Below are positions 58,767 through 64,000 of a stretch of 64,000 bases of DNA, piece by piece. This DNA is from an uncultured delta proteobacterium. GTDB lineage: Bacteria; Desulfobacterota; Desulfobacteria; Desulfobacterales; B30-G6. The position numbers and the translations under genes were made by a program. The DNA is taken from assembly GCA_963823335.1 (NCBI GenBank), contig CAWGLD010000001.1, positions 1,824,001 through 1,888,000 of the forward strand, in the 5' to 3' direction. The notes under the pieces are model-generated. The model saw only the letters and a program-made list of their open reading frames with translations, was not told the origin of the DNA and made no database searches. Numbering within the stretch: the first letter of the stretch is position 1; every line of letters starts with the position of its first letter.

Positions 58767-60170
58767 ATGGGTGGTTTTTTTGGAGAAGTCTCGAAGGTTG
58801 ACTGTGTTTTGGATGTTTATTATGGAACGGACTATCATTCACATCTTGGAACCAAGCGTGGAGGGTTGTGCGTCAAAAACAACACGGGATATTCACGCGC
58901 CATCCACAACATCGAGAATGATTACTTTCGTTCCAAGTTCGAGCCGGACCTCCCGAAATTCACCGGCCACCAGGGGATCGGGGTCATCAGTGACACCGAT
59001 GCGCAACCCCTGATTATCGGATCCCATCTGGGGACCTTCGGTATCGTCACGGTGGGAAAAATAAACAATCTCGAGGATCTCGGGAAGCAGGCCTACGGCA
59101 AACGGCTGCATTTTTCAGAAATGAGTGGCGGAGAAATGCATCCCACAGAGCTCGTAGCCATGCTGATCTGTGAGGGAGAAAGTTTCGTCGATGGTATTCG
59201 CAAAGCACAGGCGGCCATCCAAGGATCTTGTTCGCTGTTGCTTCTGACTGAAAACGGGATCTATGCAGCCCGAGACAGGCTGGGCAGAACGCCGGTCGTT
59301 ATCGGGAAAAAGGCCGGTGCCTATGCAGCGTCATCCGAATCATGTTCGTTTCCCAACCTGGGTTTCGAGATCGATCGATATCTGGGGCCGGGGGAAATTG
59401 TTTACCTGACACCGGAAGGATGTGAGCAGTGCCAGGCGCCGGGAGAAGATCTTCAAGTCTGCAGCTTTTTGTGGGTCTATTATGGTTATCCGGCATCGAG
59501 CTATGAAGGGATAAATGTAGAGAAAGTGCGCAACCAGTGTGGTGCTGCTCTGGCCCGAAACGATGACGTCGCCATCGACTTTGTGGCCGGTATTCCGGAC
59601 TCGGGAATCGGACACGCCATCGGGTATGCCAATGAAAAGCGGGTGCCCTATATACGGCCTTTTGTCAAGTACACACCCACCTGGCCGCGAAGCTTCATGC
59701 CGCAGAATCAGGAGCAGCGGGATCTTGTGGCCAGAATGAAGCTTATTCCGGTTCGGGAATTAATCGAGGGTAAGCGGCTCCTTTTTTGTGAAGACTCCAT
59801 CGTCCGCGGGACCCAGCTCAAAGACAACATTCAAAAGCTTTTTGAATACGGCGCCCAAGAAGTTCACATGCGACCTGCGTGTCCGACCCTTATTTATCCG
59901 TGTGAATTCCTGAATTTTTCCACCTCGAGATCGACCCTCGATCTTGCGGGGCGGCAGGTTATCTATAAACTGGAGGGAAACGAGACCAGCTTTCTAGCGG
60001 AGTATGCGTCTGCAGACTCGGACAGGAATCTCGAAATGATCGAAGGCATCCGTCAAAAACTCGGTCTGACATCCCTGGTTTATCAGAAACTGCTGGATCT
60101 CGTCGACGCCATCGGTATGCCCAAGAATAAGGTCTGCACGCATTGCTGGGATGAGTCGAGTTATTTTTGA
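58767..60170 (+). CDS. purF: Amidophosphoribosyltransferase variant lacking the N-terminal catalytic Cys
   Basis: RDRLGRTP, IPDSG, PRPP loop EDSIVRGT and CTHCW; begins MGGFFG. Confidence 0.88.
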   Translation: MGGFFGEVSKVDCVLDVYYGTDYHSHLGTKRGGLCVKNNTGYSRAIHNIENDYFRSKFEPDLPKFTGHQGIGVISDTDAQPLIIGSHLGTFGIVTVGKINNLEDLGKQAYGKRLHFSEMSGGEMHPTELVAMLICEGESFVDGIRKAQAAIQGSCSLLLLTENGIYAARDRLGRTPVVIGKKAGAYAASSESCSFPNLGFEIDRYLGPGEIVYLTPEGCEQCQAPGEDLQVCSFLWVYYGYPASSYEGINVEKVRNQCGAALARNDDVAIDFVAGIPDSGIGHAIGYANEKRVPYIRPFVKYTPTWPRSFMPQNQEQRDLVARMKLIPVRELIEGKRLLFCEDSIVRGTQLKDNIQKLFEYGAQEVHMRPACPTLIYPCEFLNFSTSRSTLDLAGRQVIYKLEGNETSFLAEYASADSDRNLEMIEGIRQKLGLTSLVYQKLLDLVDAIGMPKNKVCTHCWDESSYF

Positions 60171-60293
60171 CGGTCTCGTAAAAAGTCCAACTTCTGTGTT
60201 GTGCTGCATTTCGCAATCATTCAACGTACGATAAGTACCCCTCATGATTACAAAACTTGCACGCCTTGAATTTGAACTTTTTACGAAACCGTC
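60169..60293 (+). mobile_element. 125-bp MITE-like element with 17/18-bp terminal inverted repeats
   Basis: GACGGTCTCGTAAAAAGT / ACTTTTTACGAAACCGTC; overlaps the purF stop codon. Confidence 0.75.
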
Positions 60294-60397
60294 TAGTTCT
60301 GACTTTTTACGCGTTCACCTTTTTTAATATGCAGGCTGTAGACGATTAGACTGTAGGCTGCTAATGGCCTAAAAGTGTATAGCCTACAGACTAAAGT

Positions 60398-61144
60398 TTA
60401 AGCTACCCGCTGCTCCAGTATTTCTCCCCGGGTGCTGATGACGACCGTTTCCATTGGAACGGTTTTGCCTGACTTTTCCATGCCCTTCTTGACGATGTAG
60501 GGGAGGCCGGAGCAACAGGGAACTTCCATAACCGCGGTGGTGACGCTTGCAATATCCGATGCGCTGAAAATTGCGGCAAATCTGTCGATATAGTCCTGCA
60601 CATCGTCAAATTTTGGACATCCCATCAATACGACCTTACCTTTCAAGAGCCGGGTATGAAAATCCGGATAGGCCATGGGTGTGCAGTCTGCCGCTACGAG
60701 AAGATTGGCATTTTTCAGAAATGGCGCGTTGGGCGGCACCAGGCGAATCTGAACCGGCCAATGCGAAAGTGCTGAAGCGCTTCCTTCCTGGACGGTGGGT
60801 TGATTTGCCTTCTGACAGGCTGTGGGTGCGAAGGACTGCAATTTTGTCGACGGGCACCCGGTGAATGGGGCGGGTGTTTCGTGGGTCTGTTCTTTTCCCA
60901 TCTGAGACAGGTGTTCTTCCACCGCGATTTCGTCAAATTCGTCGGTTTCTTTTTCCACAATGGTCAAGGCATCGTTTGGGCACTCACCGAGACAGGCGCC
61001 CAATCCATCACAGAATTTGTCTGCCACAACTTTTGCCTTCCCGTCAATGACCTTGAGTGCGCCCTCGGCACAACCGATGATGCACAGACCACAACCGTCA
61101 CATTTTTCTTCATCGATTTCAATTATTTTACGACGTACTTTCAT
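60398..61144 (-). CDS. 4Fe-4S ferredoxin-domain protein (hcp-associated)
   Basis: CDGCGLCIIGC, CDGLGACLGECP, WPVQ, GCPK and MEVPCC. Confidence 0.9.
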   Translation of the reverse strand: MKVRRKIIEIDEEKCDGCGLCIIGCAEGALKVIDGKAKVVADKFCDGLGACLGECPNDALTIVEKETDEFDEIAVEEHLSQMGKEQTHETPAPFTGCPSTKLQSFAPTACQKANQPTVQEGSASALSHWPVQIRLVPPNAPFLKNANLLVAADCTPMAYPDFHTRLLKGKVVLMGCPKFDDVQDYIDRFAAIFSASDIASVTTAVMEVPCCSGLPYIVKKGMEKSGKTVPMETVVISTRGEILEQRVA

Positions 61145-61158
61145 ATTCTGTTTTTCCT

Positions 61159-61890
61159 TTACGAGATCGAAAACACCTTTTCGGCCTCTTCCTTTCCGCC
61201 TTCCGTCAGCAGAGATGTCTGTATAAAATTTTCCACACGACCGGAATCCATGGGTTTTTCCTTGTGGCGTTCTTCCATGTTGGTGATCATGTCGGCATCA
61301 TACAGGACCTTGAAGTTAATGGTGTCATCGGCTCGGGGATGGTGGTGGTGCCCGATGATGTCACATACCTCATCGATTAACGCATCTTTTGCACCCAGTT
61401 TTTCGAGAAGCTCACGCGCTATGGGCGGGCCTTCCTGTTCCTGGTACTTCGGGGCCGTGCTCTGGTGCTTGCGCTCTGACTCCTGAATACCGATGTCATG
61501 CAGATAGGCGGCGCATAATATGACCGCCATATTTCCAAACTCTTTTTTTGCAATCCTTTCTGCATACCTGGCCACCCGCGTGGCATGACCGATACGCTTG
61601 AAATCTGTTTTGAAATATCGTTTCATTTCAATGGCGACCCGGTCTTTGAGCAGATCTTCTTTGCCTGCCAGGAGTTCGGGCGGCAGGCCGCCGATGCACT
61701 GTTCGGCAAATTCGCAATAGGAGGCACAGCCGAAATCCAATTTTGGATTGACAAACCGGTGGTCGCAGTGATGGCATTTCCGGGTGGTGTCATCTTTGAA
61801 GAATTCCACGGAATGACCACACTTGGGACAGGATTCCTCAAAAATGGCCCCGGGTTTCCAATAGCGGCTGTCTTGACCTGGACATTTCAT
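61159..61890 (-). CDS. HD-domain protein with Cys-rich N-terminal domain
   Basis: MKCPGQD, CPKC, CHHC and CASYC...C; H...LHDIG and DAD. Confidence 0.85.
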   Translation of the reverse strand: MKCPGQDSRYWKPGAIFEESCPKCGHSVEFFKDDTTRKCHHCDHRFVNPKLDFGCASYCEFAEQCIGGLPPELLAGKEDLLKDRVAIEMKRYFKTDFKRIGHATRVARYAERIAKKEFGNMAVILCAAYLHDIGIQESERKHQSTAPKYQEQEGPPIARELLEKLGAKDALIDEVCDIIGHHHHPRADDTINFKVLYDADMITNMEERHKEKPMDSGRVENFIQTSLLTEGGKEEAEKVFSIS

Positions 61891-62113
61891 AATAGATCCT
61901 CATTATGTTGCTAAATTTTTCTGGCAGGAAGAACAGGTTCCACATCAAACAATTCGTGTGGAATCCTGATCCTCCGTTAATTTGGTTGAAGAGTCCTCGC
62001 AGCTTGCTGCGAGGACTCTTCGGCCGTAAGGAATTTTATCCATTTGAGATTCGCTCGCTAACCCCAAAGGTAATAAGCGGCGAAGCCGCGTCATATAAAT
62101 TCGTGCAACGAAT

Positions 62114-63742
62114 TTATCCTAATATCGCTTTCAGGTCTTCATCCGGTGTCGAAATAGGCATCAGATTGAAGTTTTTGACCAATACATCCAGGACATTGGG
62201 TGTGATGAACGCCGGCAGACTCGGTCCCAGACGAATGTCCTTGATACCTAGGTGGAGAAGCGTCAGCAGTATGACACAGGCTTTCTGCTCATACCATGAC
62301 AGGATCATTGATAGCGGCAGATCGTTGACACCGCAATCAAATGCATTTGCCAGGGCTACAGCAATCTGTACTGCGGAATAGGCATCGTTGCACTGACCGA
62401 TATCAAGTAGTCTCGGGATTCCGCCGATATCCCCAAGATCCTTATCAAAAAATCTGAATTTGCCGCAAGCCAGTGTCAGGACAACGCTGTCGCTGGGAAC
62501 CTTTTCCACAAATTCGGTGTAGTAGTTTCGACCCGGCTTGGCACCGTCACAACCGGCGACAAGAAAAAAATGTCGAATGGCTTTGCTTTTCACGGCCTCG
62601 ACAATCTTGCCGGCAACCGACAGGACTGCGTTTCTGGCAAACCCTACCATGACGGACTTGCCTTTCGTATCTTCCGGGAACCCCGGCAGTTCAAGCGCTT
62701 TTTCGATAACGGCTGAAAAATCCTTGCCGGCAATATGCTTTACACCGGGCCAACCCACAAGACCTGTGGTAAATATGTTTTCCTGATAGGTGTCTTTGGG
62801 TTTCTGGATGCAATTGGTGGTCATCAGAATTGCACCGGGAAATTCGGCGAACTCTTTTTTCTGATTCTGCCAGGCAGTGCCATAATGCCCATAAAGATGT
62901 GCATATTTTTTCAATTCGGGATACCCGTGGCAGGGCAGCATCTCACCGTGGGTGTAGATTTGGATGCCTTTGCCCTCGGTCTGTTTAAGCAATTCATACA
63001 GATCCTTGAGATCGTGCCCGGATACGAGAATCGCTTTTCCTTTTTTTACGTCCATAGGTACGCTCGTGGGGACAGGGTGGCCATAAGTACCGGTGTTTGC
63101 AGCATCCAGCAGCTCCATGGCCCTGAGATTGACCTCACCACACTTCAAGACCAGCCCCACCAGAGCATCCAGACCCAATTCATCGTCGAGTGTTGCAGCC
63201 AGGGCCTGGTAGATAAAATCATACACCATGTCATCGTGCTGTCCGAGTATCCGGGCATGATCTGCATATGCTGCAAGGCCTTTGAGACCGTAAACCAGCA
63301 ATTCTCGAAGGGAGAGGATATCCGGGTCGACATCCGGGTTTGATTTCACGCCCACCAGTTCTCCTTGAGCGACGAGTTTTTCAAGGTCGGAGGCGGGGTA
63401 AAATGTTGCAGGTCCTTCGGGGAACTGGGCGTCACCTTCCACGGCTTGGATGCGTTTTTTCAAAGCATCTCTACGTGTGACGGTTTCCTGAATTAAAACG
63501 ACAAACCGTTCCGAATCAAAATTTACATTGGTCAGCGTCGAAAAAACCGCCTCACAGGTAAAATGATCCAGGTCCGTATCTCTTACGCCGAGGCTGTGGC
63601 CTTTTAAAGCGACAAGCGAAAGCCCCTTGAGTGTGTAAATCAACAAATCCTGCAGTGCTGCGGTATCGGGCTGCTTTCCACAGACACCGACATTGGTACA
63701 TCCTTGACCTTTTGCGGTCTGTTCACATTGAAAACAAAACAT
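62114..63742 (-). CDS. hcp: Hybrid cluster protein (hydroxylamine/NO reductase)
   Basis: MFCFQCEQT...C...GVCGK, SGHD, HGEM, GCDG, GQCND and WYEQKA. Confidence 0.97.
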   Translation of the reverse strand: MFCFQCEQTAKGQGCTNVGVCGKQPDTAALQDLLIYTLKGLSLVALKGHSLGVRDTDLDHFTCEAVFSTLTNVNFDSERFVVLIQETVTRRDALKKRIQAVEGDAQFPEGPATFYPASDLEKLVAQGELVGVKSNPDVDPDILSLRELLVYGLKGLAAYADHARILGQHDDMVYDFIYQALAATLDDELGLDALVGLVLKCGEVNLRAMELLDAANTGTYGHPVPTSVPMDVKKGKAILVSGHDLKDLYELLKQTEGKGIQIYTHGEMLPCHGYPELKKYAHLYGHYGTAWQNQKKEFAEFPGAILMTTNCIQKPKDTYQENIFTTGLVGWPGVKHIAGKDFSAVIEKALELPGFPEDTKGKSVMVGFARNAVLSVAGKIVEAVKSKAIRHFFLVAGCDGAKPGRNYYTEFVEKVPSDSVVLTLACGKFRFFDKDLGDIGGIPRLLDIGQCNDAYSAVQIAVALANAFDCGVNDLPLSMILSWYEQKACVILLTLLHLGIKDIRLGPSLPAFITPNVLDVLVKNFNLMPISTPDEDLKAILG

Positions 63743-63832
63743 ATTGGTTTTTCCTTTCCTGTTCGATTTGAACCAAACAACGTGGTTCGTTAATGGTTTA
63801 ACTGACTTTATGGGACAACACAGATGGTTTCA

Positions 63833-63846
63833 TTGACATAAGTCAA
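63833..63846. promoter_or_regulatory. CRP/FNR-family (HcpR-type) binding site
   Basis: Perfect TTGAC-ATAA-GTCAA about 90 bp upstream of hcp. Confidence 0.75.
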
Positions 63847-64000
63847 AAAGACTTGTTTTAAGTTTTAGGTGTTAGGGTAATTTAATTAGCATTTGATTAA
63901 TTTCTGATGCTTGTTATAATTTGAACCGAAATAGCGAGCGCTAACCCCGTGGGTTCTGCCGTTCGGCAGTGCTACGCATGCCGCGGAGTTAGCAAGCGAA

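Overview
Core-genome-like bacterial window of about 58 CDS. Gene content suggests an anaerobic Desulfobacterota (Desulfobacterales-like) organism; this is an inference from the PxxKW protein, cooS, hcp with an HcpR-type box, Na+-NQR and selenoproteins. Contents: ftsK (5' truncated), mgtE, methyl- and glycosyltransferases, HMG-CoA lyase, a 2-oxoacid oxidoreductase operon with a GltD-like/ferredoxin fusion subunit, an NMT1/THI5-type ABC transporter, argF, argJ, a GGDEF protein, an FMN glutamate-synthase-like gene, TIGR04282/TIGR04283 transferases, truA, pfkA, a thioredoxin-TrxB fusion, citrate synthase, Fur/PerR, nqrA-F, FTR/glutaredoxin, cooS, a sigma54 activator, sfsA, a Cys1-less purF and an hcp operon. 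No rRNA, tRNA, CRISPR array, transposase or phage gene was recognised. The most interesting signals lie outside the ORF track. (i) Two likely selenoproteins are split at in-frame TGA codons followed by SECIS-like hairpins. (ii) An ANTAR two-hairpin/terminator leader precedes the glutamate synthase gene. (iii) Four copies of a ~124-bp non-autonomous IS200/IS605-type element have ends that obey TnpA guide/cleavage rules. (iv) Many dispersed, structure-conserved palindromic elements fill the intergenic gaps, including arrays of GNA-loop mini-hairpins with compensatory changes and three sequence-divergent elements with a common fold. (v) There is a ~200-nt rod-like putative RNA. All protein calls come from motif recognition by eye, without database searches.
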